In this document: piece by piece, positions 1-12,245 of the stretch
How the letters are laid out: every line of letters starts with the position of its first letter
How positions within the stretch are numbered: position 1 is the first letter of the stretch
Source of the DNA: Cyanidioschyzon merolae
Taxonomy: Eukaryota
Assembly: GCA_000091205.1 (NCBI GenBank)
Contig: AP006491.2
Strand: one strand, 5' to 3'
Length of the DNA: 64,000 nt
The notes under the pieces: model-generated
What the model was told of the DNA's origin: nothing
Seen by the model: only the letters and a program-made list of their open reading frames with translations
Databases searched by the model: none
Made by a program: the position numbers and the translations under genes

Positions 1-732
1 ACGGGAGCGCACTCACCGAGGCATCAACACAATGAGGCATGGTCGGGGTTGCAGGGTGCTGGTGATGCGGCAACTGCAGCCTGCGTTTCGGTGTCGTGCG
101 AGGCAGCGACAAGTTTGTCGCACGACATGTACCAAGAGAAGTGGAATAGAGCACTGGGAACCTGCCCATTGGTGACGGTTGCCACGTTCCCAGTGTGCGC
201 GTGTTTGTCGGTTTACTTGGGGAGTGAACACCTAACGCGGCGTATGCCGGCGCGCAGCAAAGTAAGCATGATGCATCTCCGATAAAGAATGAGTCTGTTG
301 GCTAGCCTGGATGATGAACGCTGGTGTCCATGCGCGCCGCGTCCGAAAACGTAGGTGCTAGACATACGCTGCCTCATAGGCGGGATGTCTTCTGCCCGCT
401 ACATGGAGCACTCAAGTCCTTTTCATCGACATTGACACTGGGCAGCAGTGCAGATCGGGCGGTTATCCGAGGCGCCGCTGTGCAGCCATCAACGTTCAGT
501 ACGAGGCTTTGCTGCCTTGCTTAGCACCAAATGCGGTATGGGTAACAGACGCCATTTTGTAGCTTGCCCATCTTCTGGGGATGCAAACGTTCCCATCAAT
601 CAACGAGTTCGCCGGCGCTCCGTTCCGAACACCAAAACAGGGAATTACGGGAAACGAACGCCACCCTTGCGTCCTGCCCTGCAACCATTCGCCGCAAACC
701 GCGCACTCACGCCTCGGCTGTTGCCACTTTCA

Positions 733-1467
733 CTAGGTTCCGGGCTCTGCAGGCAGCGTTCGGCGCTGCGCATCCTGAACACGAGTCACATGCGACTCGA
801 GGACGCGCCCATCGAAAGGTCGCGGTGTTCGGCGCTGGCGAAGTATCTCCGGACGCGGGATAATCGCACCACTTCGCTTGCTGATTCGTACTCGGGTCCC
901 ATCTTCGAGCCATCGAATGCCAACGCGCGTCGGCAGACCAGTTTCTGGACACACGATTGCCACGTTGCTGACATGCAGCGGGCCCTCCGTCAGGATAACG
1001 CGTTTGCGTTGGCCGCCACCCACGGTTGCACTCGGCGCCGGAACAAACTTCTTCACATAGTTCACGCCTTCCACCACAACTCGATTACTCCGCCGAATGA
1101 CCTCCAGTACACGTCCTTTTTTCCCGATATCGCCCGGTGGGCCGCCGATCACCTGCACGTAGTCGCCGCGAAGAACTCTCCACTTTCGCGGTGGTATGGG
1201 CGACTCTCGTTTTGGCGAACGCGGGGTACGAATGCTATCCAGCATCGACTCGAATCGGCCGCGCATCTCTGCGGAGGGCACACCAACGTTTCGACGCGGC
1301 GGGTGCAGAGGCGGCCTGCTTGCAAACCAGCGTAGCGCTGGGAGCTGCGCACCCGTTGCCGCCTGTGTTGGTTCGGGTTCAGCGAGCAGAGGCCTGCATA
1401 ACCAGCTGCGCCAGCAAGCGTGTGCTCCTGCTGGCATACGCGCAAGGCGCTGAAGCCCCGCCTGCAT
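733..1467 (-). CDS. Mitochondrial (organellar) ribosomal protein uL24 with N-terminal presequence-like extension
   Basis: Translation contains the KOW motif RGDYVQVIGGPPGDIGKKGRVLEV followed by NRVVVEGVNYVKKF...EGPLHVSNVAIVCPETGLPTRVGIRWLEDGTRVRISKRSGAII, collinear with bacterial-type L24. The Arg/Ala-rich N-terminus looks like a targeting peptide. The exact start Met is uncertain. Confidence 0.75.
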   Translation of the reverse strand: MQAGLQRLARMPAGAHACWRSWLCRPLLAEPEPTQAATGAQLPALRWFASRPPLHPPRRNVGVPSAEMRGRFESMLDSIRTPRSPKRESPIPPRKWRVLRGDYVQVIGGPPGDIGKKGRVLEVIRRSNRVVVEGVNYVKKFVPAPSATVGGGQRKRVILTEGPLHVSNVAIVCPETGLPTRVGIRWLEDGTRVRISKRSGAIIPRPEILRQRRTPRPFDGRVLESHVTRVQDAQRRTLPAEPGT

Positions 1468-1849
1468 GAATAAAAAGCAGGCCGTTTGAGGAACGCACCC
1501 CGCGAACGCTCCACCCTATGTGCGCACTTGCAGCACCATGGCTGCTGCTGCACGAAGCGTCGCTGCGCCGAATCCAATCATCGCCATGGAACAATCGCAT
1601 TTGTCCGTCTACAACCATGATATCCATAAACATACAAAATGTTGTATGTTAGAGATCTCAGCCAGTTCCACGCCCCCTGGCGAGGATTGCTGCCTGCGCC
1701 GCCATTGACGGGCGTGCACCTGACAACACCCCCGTGGATGTGCAGAACCTTTCGGGAACCAGGAAAGGAACTGCCGCTTCGCCACAGCAGATGCTACGTT
1801 CCGTCAGGTTCATGCAATGATCTTCGTCTGAAATAGAGGCGTGGTATTT

Positions 1850-3420
1850 CCATGAAGCGGCCGGATACGCAGCATACCGCTGGCACAACATCGATGCAGA
1901 ATGGATCTACGATGCCTTTGCGTGCATCGGCTGCAGACGCTGCTCTGACGGTTACTGGTACGAGACAACGGTCGCGGGTCGGGAATGTATCGTCGCTGCA
2001 CGTTCGAATTTCTGCGGGTGCTTTTCTATCTACTCGTCTCAAGGACGACGTCGACGACACCCGCGTTAGAATGAGATTCGGGCGAGTCTATGTTTTGCAA
2101 TCTCGGGCGCTCTCGCTCAAGTATTCGTTCTTCTCACGTACGTCAACGCAAGCTTTCGGGGCTTGCTTTGCGACCGCTTTTCATCCCTCTGTCCTATGTC
2201 AGGCTCAAAACATACGACGGAATCTCTTTTGCTGTCAGTACTGGTGCCGGGAGTCGAAGCACATTGATGATGGTGGCGTTCGAGTCCCGATTTCGCAATT
2301 TCCGGCTGCTGTCGATGCATTGCATGCACAAGCAGAAGTTGTGATCGATACTCCACTTGTCGTTTTCATCTTCTTCGTATCCAACATCGGTGCGCCCTTC
2401 GAATCGTTAACACTTGAACATGGTCAGGTGTTCTTCTAGATCCATCACATTCCTCGTTCGAGGGCAGCTCTGTGGCATGTGAACGCTAGCTCAATCACCC
2501 GGTACATGCCCGTGACAGGTCGAGGAGGCTCCCCTCGATGCGCTCCTCAGGTTCGACGCCCGCTGCCGTACCAAATGATCAGGGGTTTGTTTCGCGCAAT
2601 GCCCTCGGTGAGTGCTCTGTCCGCCGCACACGCATGCGCAAACCGTTCGTTTCGATAGAGGATTTGTTGAACGCAATGCTGTCCATGAAGAAAAAAGTAC
2701 CAGACGGAAAAACCGGGCCGGAGATCAAGTCGAGCAACTTGGATCCGTTCACGCTCCCGTCGCGCAAAGCGGTGACGAATGCTCCACTGGAAGCGATCGC
2801 TGTGATGTCTCAGGTCCGAGTCCACGGTCGTAGTCGATGGACACTGCGGAGACGGGGGCGTCGCGTAGCATATCCCATGAGAAGTATCATGGTAAATTGG
2901 AATGCCGTTTCGTCGATGGTCATAGAGATGGGTAGAGTTGTCATTTGGCCCGAATTGATTACTTGAAGCACGAAAGTCAGGGAACTTTCGGCATGCGTTT
3001 CTAATGCATTCGCCAGCGGACATCGTCGACCGGGTTCTCAAATCCATCGAGCGGCGCGAATGGCTGCACCCACGAGAATCGCCTCGAAACAGAGAGATCT
3101 ACTATTCGAAGCATGCATGATTTGCACATCCTGCATCTAAGAAAACGAGAAGAATAGAAGCTTGTATGTATGCAGTGCAAAATTGCGATATCGTTCGTTT
3201 TATGAACCCTTGTTCGTAGGCTTCGCATATCGTCATGACTCCGGTGACGAAACGAATTCCTGCGGCGATGCGTCGAGAGCGTCACTCCGAAAACACGACC
3301 TCGAATCCTTATACGACGTATGAATCCTTAGGGTCTTATGGCTGCACCTCGAACATCGACGCTGCCTATTTACAAAATCTCGAAATGCAGGATCAGAGCA
3401 CGTTCTTTCGTGTTCGGTTT
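1850..3420 (+). repeat. Copy 1 of a dispersed AT-rich repeat family (~1.3-1.6 kb), arbitrary + orientation, with a tRNA/B-box-like segment near 2780-2830
   Basis: By-eye alignment shows blocks of similarity to 42100-43480 (reverse), 56900-57900 (reverse), 23540-24400 (reverse) and 62180-62535. Examples: ccactggaagcgatcgctgtgatgtctcaggtccgagtcc against the reverse complement of 42747-42790, and ...ccttagggtcttatggctgcacctcgaacatcgacgctgcc against 62440-62480. GC content is visibly lower than in flanking genes. Confidence 0.6.
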
Positions 3421-4307
3421 TCATCTATCCCTTGTGCGGCGTTTTGCTGTCGTCAGCGAACGAGTCGAGCGCGTCGAAGCGTACGCGTACGCACTCGCGC
3501 CTGGAGCCACGGTGAGCTCGCCCGGCTCTGGTACCGGCAGCGGTTGGACGCACTGTCTCCAAGACTAGTTCGACGTCGAGTCTGGCACTGATGCGAAGCG
3601 CTCACTCTCCAAGTGCACGACTTTTAGCAGACGCAGCAGCAGTTGCTGTTGAACCATCCAAACCCCTACCCCAATACTACAGTAGCGTCTCAGATGCTGA
3701 GGCAGACGTCATGAGGCACACATCCGCGCGTCAGCTCCACTGGTTCCGTTCGCAAGCGCCGCTCGCGTAACACGGTGCACCACACATATTTCGGAAGAAC
3801 GTCCCTTTGTCTCGTAGCGTTCACGACAGCCGCCCTGCTCTGCGCCTGCCACCCGACGCGTCACGCCTCACACCAGTGTACGCTCGTGCGCGTCATTCAC
3901 AGCCCAAATACAGCGCCTATTGCGACACCAGGCACAAAAGCAAACAGAGTGAACATCGTATGCATCAGTAGCAGGCTGGCTGGCTGGCAGGCAGGCTGGC
4001 TGGCTGCCCCCTGTCCCATACAACCTGCTGCAGGGCGCGGGCGGCGATCCGTCGGCCGAATTAGGCGAGGGATCGATCCCGCGATCCAGAGATCGCTGCA
4101 CGTGTTGATCCGCAGGTAGCCAGGGGCACAGCGCGCCACAGCCGTCCATTGCTGAGCCGTGCCCTGCCGACTGACATGCCGCTCGAGTCGTCGACAAAAG
4201 GCGCCCGCAGGTGCGCCGCGTCAATCCGGCAGGGCACTGCTCAGCTGCAGCTCACATTTTCTCTTCAACGTTGCTGTTTCTCGACGGCTGCTGCTGGGCG
4301 GGTGCGG

Positions 4308-5828
4308 ATGCTCGCGTCCAGAGCTTTTCATAGCATATCTCCGGAAGAAGGAAAAAGTCCTCGCTCTCGTGGACTGCGACGTGCATCCTCTTGGAACCGG
4401 CGGGGTGTACTGTGGCTCGTTGCGATCGCTTTTTTTGGAACAGGATTTCTTCTGGGTCTGCTGTGTGCGCCGAGCGTGTCACCGTTTCGGCGTTTCGGGG
4501 CGGAAAGCGTCGATTCAAGTACAGACGCGGTGGACCAAGAGAGAGCGCACGTCCAGGGTCGTCGAGACCTATCGGAGGCAGGCACGTCCGGGCGCTCTGC
4601 TGTGGAGGTTGTTGCGGCGGCGCTGCTGGCAACCCAGAACCCGACAGACTGCGCCAAGGCCCGATACCTGATTGTAGACGAGTTTTCCGATCAGCATGGA
4701 CTTGGTTTCAGTCTGATCACGGTGTTCAAGTTCCTTTATGTTGCGCATGTCGAACGGCGCGTTCTGCTGCTCCTGCCGTCATTCACGTCTTACCCGTGGC
4801 GTTGGTGTCATTGGCCGCCTGCATCGTACGGTTGCTATTTCGAGGACGTCACGTACTGCGCAACGCGGATGCAGTTCGACCAGGCGCTCCGCGACCGCGT
4901 CATTCCACGGAACTGGAGCGCGATCCCCGACTGGAAGGGCATCGAATCCATCGATGAACGGGTGGTGATTTTCCGACAAAAATATCTCTCGCGTGCCCGG
5001 ATCGAAAGTCGCGCAATCTACCAGGCCTGGAGCATGTTCGAGCACGCCTTTGGCAGCGGACTCAAGAAATACGGGCGATTCTTCTACTACGCTGTTGCGC
5101 AGCGCGTGCTGCTGCAACCCAAGGTTTGGTTGGAGCACGCTGCGCTTACCCAACGCGAGCGCTGGAGTCTAGAGCAGAACAACCCGCTCGTGGTCGTGCA
5201 TGCTCGACACGGAAGCAAACACATCGAGCAAAAGCATATCCCGGTTTCGGAGTTGGCTGCGAGCGCGCTTGCTTTTTGTGAGTGCCTCGGCGTGCGCGAC
5301 ATTTTACTGATCACCGAGACCGAGCGCGTCATTGTCGACTTCAAACGAGCCGTGCAGCATGCACCAGTGCGCGTCCTCTACACAGAGTATTGGCGCCCAG
5401 AAGGCGATGTCTGGAACAAGAATCTGGTGGGTCAGCTCAAGCTGAAACCCGTGAACGATTCCGTGATCGACGTCATCGCGTACCATTCGATTCTGAATCT
5501 GCTGTTGGCTCGGACAGGCGTGGCTTTTGTGGGCACCATCCAGTCTGCCTTTTTGAAGTTGCTAGTGAGCACCGCATATGCGCACCAGAAAGCACCAGTC
5601 AGTATCCATAGCTTGCGCGCTGGATGGCGAATCAGGGACGGGTACCCTGCAGCGGATGCCAAGTACTGGAGTTTCGACCCGTGCCGCTTACCACATCCAT
5701 GTGAACACGTGGCGCTACCCTGCTCCAAAAACGGGAAGGGATTTCCAAGGCGAAGCATGAGTCAAGCAACCGACTTTTCGACGCGACCGGCCGATATCGA
5801 CCACGAGCCGTCGCAGCTGCACGAATGA
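4308..5828 (+). CDS. GT23-family (alpha-1,6-fucosyltransferase FUT8/NodZ-like) type II membrane glycosyltransferase
   Basis: The ORF is 4149..5828; the likely start is the ATG at 4308 (MLASRAF...). A signal-anchor VLWLVAIAFFGTGFLLGLLCA is present. Motif layout CAKARYLIVDEF..GLGFSL..RVLLL and VVVHARHGSKH matches the conserved FUT8/NodZ motifs (..GxG..H, HVRRTDK-like). Confidence 0.7.
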   Translation: MLASRAFHSISPEEGKSPRSRGLRRASSWNRRGVLWLVAIAFFGTGFLLGLLCAPSVSPFRRFGAESVDSSTDAVDQERAHVQGRRDLSEAGTSGRSAVEVVAAALLATQNPTDCAKARYLIVDEFSDQHGLGFSLITVFKFLYVAHVERRVLLLLPSFTSYPWRWCHWPPASYGCYFEDVTYCATRMQFDQALRDRVIPRNWSAIPDWKGIESIDERVVIFRQKYLSRARIESRAIYQAWSMFEHAFGSGLKKYGRFFYYAVAQRVLLQPKVWLEHAALTQRERWSLEQNNPLVVVHARHGSKHIEQKHIPVSELAASALAFCECLGVRDILLITETERVIVDFKRAVQHAPVRVLYTEYWRPEGDVWNKNLVGQLKLKPVNDSVIDVIAYHSILNLLLARTGVAFVGTIQSAFLKLLVSTAYAHQKAPVSIHSLRAGWRIRDGYPAADAKYWSFDPCRLPHPCEHVALPCSKNGKGFPRRSMSQATDFSTRPADIDHEPSQLHE

Positions 5829-6549
5829 GCTGGGGAAGCGGCTGCATAGCCAATGCCGCGACGCGTGCCTTGCGCGGATGCGCCGGCACCCGTCGTGAGC
5901 GGCCTCTGTGCAAGTCACCCGGACCGCGCTCCAGGTAGCAGCAAACGGTGCCCGATACCCCGTTGCGCTGACAAGCCTGGATGCTGGGCAACGACGCAGG
6001 TATACACGGCCGTAGGCACAGGGATGCTGGCGATCGCGTCGTTTCGCGGCGCTTTGCGATCACGTCACCGGCCTGCGTTGGTGTCCGCGGCACCGTGACG
6101 CCACCTGGATGTATCGTTCCCGCGTCCTGACACCCAGGGCACTCGACTCGAGTCCCCGCAGCGCTGATTCGTTTGTGCTCCAGACAATCCGACCACGAGT
6201 AGCAGCGCTGGAGAGATGGAAAGCGCTGTTGGGCGACGCAATGGCGTACTGCTGCTCCTGATCCCATATCTCTGCATCCGTACGCTTCGACAGAGGCGAG
6301 CGCGTCTCTTTGATAGCGGTAATGGGCGTGTACAGTCCAGCGTGATTTAAACTCGAGTTTATAGTCGCAACGCAGATGCATGCGATAGGTGATCGTTGCG
6401 GACGAAATCCGCCGCACCAGCCGCCTTGCCTGGGAGCAGACGCTCGACAGCAACACTACTTGATCACCGTTACGAGGACGCACAAGACGATCCTGTTAAT
6501 CAACGTCGACGTCGTCGCATGACCCCACTCGGTACTCCATGTCAGCGTC

Positions 6550-8583
6550 CTATTCCTCGTCGTCGTTGCCGCGTGGGGTGGTGGTGTGAGCCGCCCGCTC
6601 ACTACCCGGCGTTTTGCCTTTTCGCTTCGCTTTGCGCTCCGTATCGGGAGTCGGTGCGCCGTCCGCGAAAAAGTAGTTTCCGCTAGCCTTTTGCTCCTGA
6701 TCCTTCACGGAGCCATGCTTATTTATCCGAGGTCGCAGATTCGTGGGATCTCGGCGGAACGTGATATCGAGGGCGCGCAAAAACCGATTCATCCCGCTCA
6801 CGAGCGGCTCCGGTGATCGAGCGACGGCTTTGCGAGCTGGCTCGCCTTCGTAGACGATCACTCGATCGGCCAGGTACGTGGCCATGATAAAATCGTGCTC
6901 CACAATAAACGCCGTCTTTTTCGAGTGCAGGATAAATCGCTTGATCACTTTCGCAGCGATGATACGCTGCTCCGAGTCCAGATACGCCGACGGCTCGTCC
7001 AAAAGGTACAGGTCAGCGGGCTTGCCCAGCGCCAACACCAACGCAACCCGTTGGAGTTCACCGCCTGACAGGTGCTTCACTTCCTGATCGAAGAGTTTGT
7101 CCACGGATAACGGCTTCAAAACGTCAGTTTGGAATTGCGGATGTGTGTATGCACTCTGAATTCGCTTGTGCAGAAGCTGCTGCACAGTGCCTTCAAACGA
7201 CGGGGATATCTTCTGCGGCTTGTACGATACATTCAGTTGCGGGATCTCGATGTGTTTCTCGGGATCCGATAGATCGGGATCGGGTTGCAACAGACCCGCG
7301 AGAACGCGAATGAGGGTTGTTTTGCCAGTGCCATTGCGTCCCAGTGCAAGTACGATTTCCGAGTCAGTAAACTCTCCCCGCTCGACATCAAGCACAAAGG
7401 TGCCCAGCGTCTTCCGAAAAGCCGGGTACCCATATCGTCTTTGCTTCTCTGCATCTGCAGCGGCATCAGGCGTCTCGGCACCCTCTGCGATCTTAAAGGT
7501 AAGTTCGGTTTCCCGGAATCGCATGTTTTCCGTCGGTACGAAACCCGCGAGAAATACATTGATGCCCTCCCGCACGGAGAACGGATACGTCACGACACCG
7601 TACGCACCCGGCACGCCGTATAGGACGCAGATGTAATCGGAGAGATAATCTAGCACAGCAAGGTCATGTTCGACGACGAGCACGTAGTTGTCGGTACGAC
7701 ACAGGGAGCGAATGGCTCGGGCGGCTCGCAGACGCTGTCGCACGTCGAGGTACGATGAGGGTTCGTCAAACATGTACGCGTCGGCGCGCTGGAGGCACAC
7801 CATCGCTATCGCGAAGCGCTGCAGTTCACCGCCAGAGAGTTGCGAAACGTCGCGATCGAGCACCTCTTCCAGGTCAAGCATATCGATAACCTCCGCAAGG
7901 CGCTCGGTCTCGTTGCGAGCCGCGAGCAGATCGCGGACCCTGCCTTTCACCGCTTTCGGAATATGGTCTACGTATTGCGGCTTGATCACTGCGCGCAACT
8001 CTTCGCGGAGTATCTTTTCGAAATAGTTTTGCAGCTCGCTTCCCCGAAAGTAGCGAAGTATTTCCGGCCAGTCCGGAGGATTCTTGTAGTTTCCAAGGTT
8101 AGGTTTCAGTTTCGCCGCCAGAATTTTCAACGCTGTCGATTTTCCTTGGCCGTTGCCGCCGACGAGCCCGAGAACCTGGCCGGGGCGCGGCATTGGTAGT
8201 CGGTGCAGCTTAAAAGAGTTTGCCGAGTAGCGGTGCGTCGTCTGCGAGTCCAGATCGGTTGGTAGATTGATGATCTGAATCGCACCAAACGGGCACTTGC
8301 GCACGCAAATTCCACAACCGATGCAGAGTGACTCGGAGATGAGCGCAATGGGCGAGCTTGGCATCACTTCGATGCATAACTTACCGATTCGGTTCACTGG
8401 ACAAGAGCGTTTGCACTCCAGCGCGCACTTACGGGGTTTACAGCGGTCAGCCGACACGATCGCGATGCGAGTCAACTTTTCCTCACCGTTGGTGGAGGAA
8501 GAGGTGGTGGTGGTTGCGGCGGCTGTGGAGTTGGTGCTACTAGCCCCGGCACCGCCACCTGGTCCGCGCTTTCCTGGAGGCAT
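6550..8583 (-). CDS. ABCE1: ABCE1 (RNase L inhibitor / Rli1) with Fe-S domain and twin ABC cassettes, carrying low-complexity N- and C-terminal extensions
   Basis: [29 protein letters not shown]...[22 protein letters not shown] (4Fe-4S), two Walker A sites ([18 protein letters not shown]), two LSGGELQR signatures, and the C-terminus [23 protein letters not shown]. The ORF extends upstream to 8817. The Met at 8583 (MPPGKRG...) is the closest plausible start. Confidence 0.9.
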   Translation of the reverse strand: MPPGKRGPGGGAGASSTNSTAAATTTTSSSTNGEEKLTRIAIVSADRCKPRKCALECKRSCPVNRIGKLCIEVMPSSPIALISESLCIGCGICVRKCPFGAIQIINLPTDLDSQTTHRYSANSFKLHRLPMPRPGQVLGLVGGNGQGKSTALKILAAKLKPNLGNYKNPPDWPEILRYFRGSELQNYFEKILREELRAVIKPQYVDHIPKAVKGRVRDLLAARNETERLAEVIDMLDLEEVLDRDVSQLSGGELQRFAIAMVCLQRADAYMFDEPSSYLDVRQRLRAARAIRSLCRTDNYVLVVEHDLAVLDYLSDYICVLYGVPGAYGVVTYPFSVREGINVFLAGFVPTENMRFRETELTFKIAEGAETPDAAADAEKQRRYGYPAFRKTLGTFVLDVERGEFTDSEIVLALGRNGTGKTTLIRVLAGLLQPDPDLSDPEKHIEIPQLNVSYKPQKISPSFEGTVQQLLHKRIQSAYTHPQFQTDVLKPLSVDKLFDQEVKHLSGGELQRVALVLALGKPADLYLLDEPSAYLDSEQRIIAAKVIKRFILHSKKTAFIVEHDFIMATYLADRVIVYEGEPARKAVARSPEPLVSGMNRFLRALDITFRRDPTNLRPRINKHGSVKDQEQKASGNYFFADGAPTPDTERKAKRKGKTPGSERAAHTTTPRGNDDEE

Positions 8584-10444
8584 CCCTGAGGCCCGACTAC
8601 TGCCGCAGACCCAGTGCGTAGAACCGGGGTCGATGCTACTCCGAGAAACATGACCCCAGAGCTGCGCGCTCTGGGAGCAACGATCGCGACGTTGCGGAGC
8701 GGACATATTGAGACAAACATGCGACATGCGGTTGCGAGCCGGCATTGCCGCAGCAGCGTGTTCTGCGCTGGACGGCACGGTACGGGCCTCCTCGAAGGCT
8801 CCCTCGCATCCAAGCAAAAGTTTTGGGCATGCTTAGGATCGTTTACAAGAACTTGGGATCCCCATGGCGCTAAACTTATTTGCATCTGCTCGAAACCTCC
8901 ATGTTCCGCGAGACAGTACCACCTATACTTCCTCGCTGAGAAAATTAGTGGTATCCATGGGAATCGCGTCACTGATCGGCATGAGTCCGTTAAAGCAGCG
9001 CAGTACTGGTGCGGTCGAGAGCGTTTCCTTCCTGGTCTTCTGCGAAGGCATGCGTCTCTGGGTGTACTTTTGCTTTGCAGAGAGGCTGGTCCGTGTTCGG
9101 GGCATAGGAGGCCGATCGACGCTTTGACGAGGTCATCACGTATGGACAACGCGTCGAGTTGGATCTTTGAACTCGACTCGTGGTCGAGAATGGACGCGAG
9201 CGTCACGATTCGGTGCAGGCAATGGAAACGCACTGATGGCTCAGTGCGGATTCCGAAGCATTCTTGGGACAGCGTTGCCTCCTTGGGTGCAGTTCACACG
9301 TCGCTGGCACGACCGACAAAGCGCACATCGACGCGGATCGTGCTCCCAAATCACCGGCGAGTGTAAGGTTGTTCCCGAAAACCCCGAATGTGTGCGTCAC
9401 AATTTTGTTCCTTGCTGCTGGAAGTGAGGCGATGGCGGCTGCAGCGTGTGCGCGCTCGCGTTCAGGGGCGCAGATGCGCTCCCGCCGCGCTGCGACTCGC
9501 CGAAACGATCCCTCCCGGAGCGTTCGCCCGCAGACGCGAAACGATGTGGCGCCCTATCCATAGAAGCAGGACCCCGGGACATTAGGTCTCACGCGTTGCA
9601 GGGTTGTCCCTGAACACGTCACCGAATCGTTGACCGCGCACGGGTCGTTGCGCATTCGCGCGCGTGCGCTCCGCTCGACTCTCGTTCTGCGTGAACGAAC
9701 GGTGCACCAGGGGGCTCCGTTGGGACGCGTCGCCGCCCAACATTCTAGGTGCTTGCCAGCTGTTGGTGCCGGCCTCTGCGTCATGGTCTTGGGAAAGATT
9801 AGCACTCGATGCAAGTCATAAAACAGCTCGATCCCTGCTCCAAGTCGCGTTGCAACAGACCAGTCCCGGGCTTTGGGGCGCGTTCCTCTGTGTCGCGGTG
9901 TCGCTATCCAGCCTACGCATTTTGAACTGTCCAAATATGCAATTGGAGGCACCGCCTGCGTGCGTCTCCTAGACCTGAAAGACGAGCGATCTGCATTGCT
10001 CGTTGCCCGCAGTCAGCAAATTTATTCGCGCCTGCTCCGCCGAATGACTCCACGAAACACAACTGCTTGACGATGACGAAGTGCCAGACATGAACCCGTA
10101 GCACGCACTGCATTCGCTGCAGTGCACGTGAGCGGATCCTGGCGAAGCAGCTGGTACGGCAGGGGGTGGCGGGCGCGCCCTCTCTAGCGGTGCGCAGCGG
10201 TCGCCAGCTGGAATCGCACGGCTCCGTCCGCTATGTCTCATTAGATACATTTATGTACGGTGATGTTCGCTGTCATGCTCCGTCGATGCTCCGGGGGCGC
10301 CCGCACTGCACCCGCGTACAAGTACCCTGGCCGACAAGTACTGCCAACGATTCAGAAAAGCGCTTCGGAGCTGCTTTGTAGACTGGCTTCCAGACACCGC
10401 CAGTTTGGTAAGATTATCACAGTACGGAGAAGAAACCGTAAACG

Positions 10445-10882
10445 ATGGGTGGTGGATTTCCCCGTGGCATTCGCTCCGCAAGAAAGCTGCGCGATCGCCA
10501 TAAGCGCAACCGCTGGGCGGACAAGAAGTATGCGCGCTCGATGTCGGCATCGGCTTTGAAAGCGAACCCGCTCGGCGGCGCATCTCACGCGAAGGGCATC
10601 GTTCTCGAGCGGATAGGAGTGGAAGCAAAGCAACCCAACTCTGCTATTCGAAAGTGTGTGCGAGTGCAACTGATCAAGAACGGAAAGCGGGTGGCTGCTT
10701 TTGTTCCCCGTGACGGTTGCCTCAACTTTATCGACGAGAACGACGAAGTTCTTATTAGCGGTTTCGGAAGAAAAGGACACAGTGTGGGTGATATCCCGGG
10801 TGTGCGCTTTAAGGTCGTGAAAGTGCAGGGTGTCTCGCTTTTGGCACTGTTTAAGGGAAAGAAGGAAAAACCACGCACATAG
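10445..10882 (+). CDS. RPS23: 40S ribosomal protein S23 (uS12)
   Basis: Full-length match: [32 protein letters not shown]...[76 protein letters not shown]. Confidence 0.93.
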   Translation: MGGGFPRGIRSARKLRDRHKRNRWADKKYARSMSASALKANPLGGASHAKGIVLERIGVEAKQPNSAIRKCVRVQLIKNGKRVAAFVPRDGCLNFIDENDEVLISGFGRKGHSVGDIPGVRFKVVKVQGVSLLALFKGKKEKPRT

Positions 10883-11579
10883 GTTCATGGTATACCGGTT
10901 ATGGGAGCCTCCTTGTTGCCTCGAAACCCCGGTGTTTGCGCTATGTAGCGTGGGTGAATGAGAACTGGGGCACGTTGCACAAAAATGGTCCCGAAAATGA
11001 GGATGATATGCTGTGCCTCAGCCGAGCGTCGAAGTAGAGCGTTATGTCTGGGTATCGAAAGAGATCCGCGTTGCGATTCGGTATGCTCCGCGAGCGCTTC
11101 GAACTGCAAGCAAGCTTATCGAAAATAACTTGACGGCGAGAAGGAAATCAGGGAGTAGAAAACGGTCGGCGAGTCGGCCCGGGGGCGATGCGAGCGTGCG
11201 CAGTCAACTCTGGGTGATCACCTGGCGTTTGGTTCTACGAAGGGCCCCTGGTACGCCTCTTTGCAACCTCAGAGCACGCGCCTCATATAGTTTAATCGCC
11301 AGTTTCGCTGCTGGTTGCCTTTCAACTTTGGGGACTGCTTCGCTCGGGTGCTGGTGGCGCCGCGACTCGGCCCGCACAGGCACACGTCAAGAAACGCTCT
11401 TGGCGAACGCGACCTATCCGTGAATTGTTTTGCGCAAAACGCTCTGGTTCGGCGGACTTTGCCGCAAGTTCCATCACAGACTTGGGAAGATGCCCTCGGT
11501 CACAGAATTTCAGCATGTCATGAAGATGAAACCCCTTTCCTTTCACCCAAAACAAACGGATGCAGCGCACCGCTGGTCA

Positions 11580-12245
11580 TCAGCAGTGCTTGATCTCAAC
11601 CTGGCGAGTTCCGAACGCTGACTCAGGACCATTCAGGATACCTGCTTTATGAGCCTTCACTCCAAAATCAAGCGCTGCAGGGCACGTGCCCGTACTCGGC
11701 TCCAAGCATCCTTCCCTTCTTTGATCCCAGAATGTAGTCTGAGCCTCGACCCTCTCTAAATGTTGGTACAAAGCGATGCCCACGCAGCCGCTAGCCAGGA
11801 ACGCGACCAGTGTCGCCCAGCTCAGGCCGACAAGGACTCGAGCCTGGAGACAGGCACCAGTCACTTGCGCCGCACTGTAAGCATTGCGTGGGCCCGTAAC
11901 GGACAGGATAATGGACAGCGATAACCAGACAAGAATCAGGAGCACATGGCCCACGAGATCTATCGCGGCAAGGGTCCGTCGCATCGTACCACTTTGGATA
12001 CGGTGTTTCAAGTGAAGAAGCGCGGCGCATACCAGCACACCCGTGAGCACTATCGTTATGATACCAGCTGCCTCGGTGAGCGTACAGGCAACGGCTAGTT
12101 TAAAACACCGACAGCTGCTCGGTGCTGAGCGTTGCGCCGGGAGTGCAATCAACAGTGTCTCCGTCAACGCAAGTCCCGCTGCCAATACGTAGAGTGAACA
12201 CCACAGTACAGTTAGCCGCCACGCTGTCGCCGACATGATCAGCAC
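11580..12245 (-). CDS. Four-pass (tetraspan, MARVEL/CASP-like) small membrane protein, paralog A
   Basis: The 221-aa ORF has four hydrophobic segments and no database-recognisable motif. It is paralogous to the divergent neighbour at 13237..13728 (SAAQVTGACLQARVLVGLSW vs SAQQDGISSCTSVTGVTCGCARAALGISW; C.F.LAVA.. vs CNYAVATG..). Confidence 0.5.
   Translation of the reverse strand: MLIMSATAWRLTVLWCSLYVLAAGLALTETLLIALPAQRSAPSSCRCFKLAVACTLTEAAGIITIVLTGVLVCAALLHLKHRIQSGTMRRTLAAIDLVGHVLLILVWLSLSIILSVTGPRNAYSAAQVTGACLQARVLVGLSWATLVAFLASGCVGIALYQHLERVEAQTTFWDQRREGCLEPSTGTCPAALDFGVKAHKAGILNGPESAFGTRQVEIKHC

Noticed and set aside
448-1335. 295-aa plus-strand ORF overlapping the uL24m gene antisense, and similar long overlapping ORFs (5632..6483 -, 8472..9233 -, 8614..9366 +, 28581..29720 +, 30534..31244 +, 33313..33840 -, 15181..15978 -)
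   Set aside because: They overlap better-supported genes or their UTRs in other frames or strands, are Arg/Ala/Ser/Pro-rich as expected from GC-rich non-coding translation, and have no recognisable motifs. With ~57% GC the stop density is low enough to produce such ORFs by chance.
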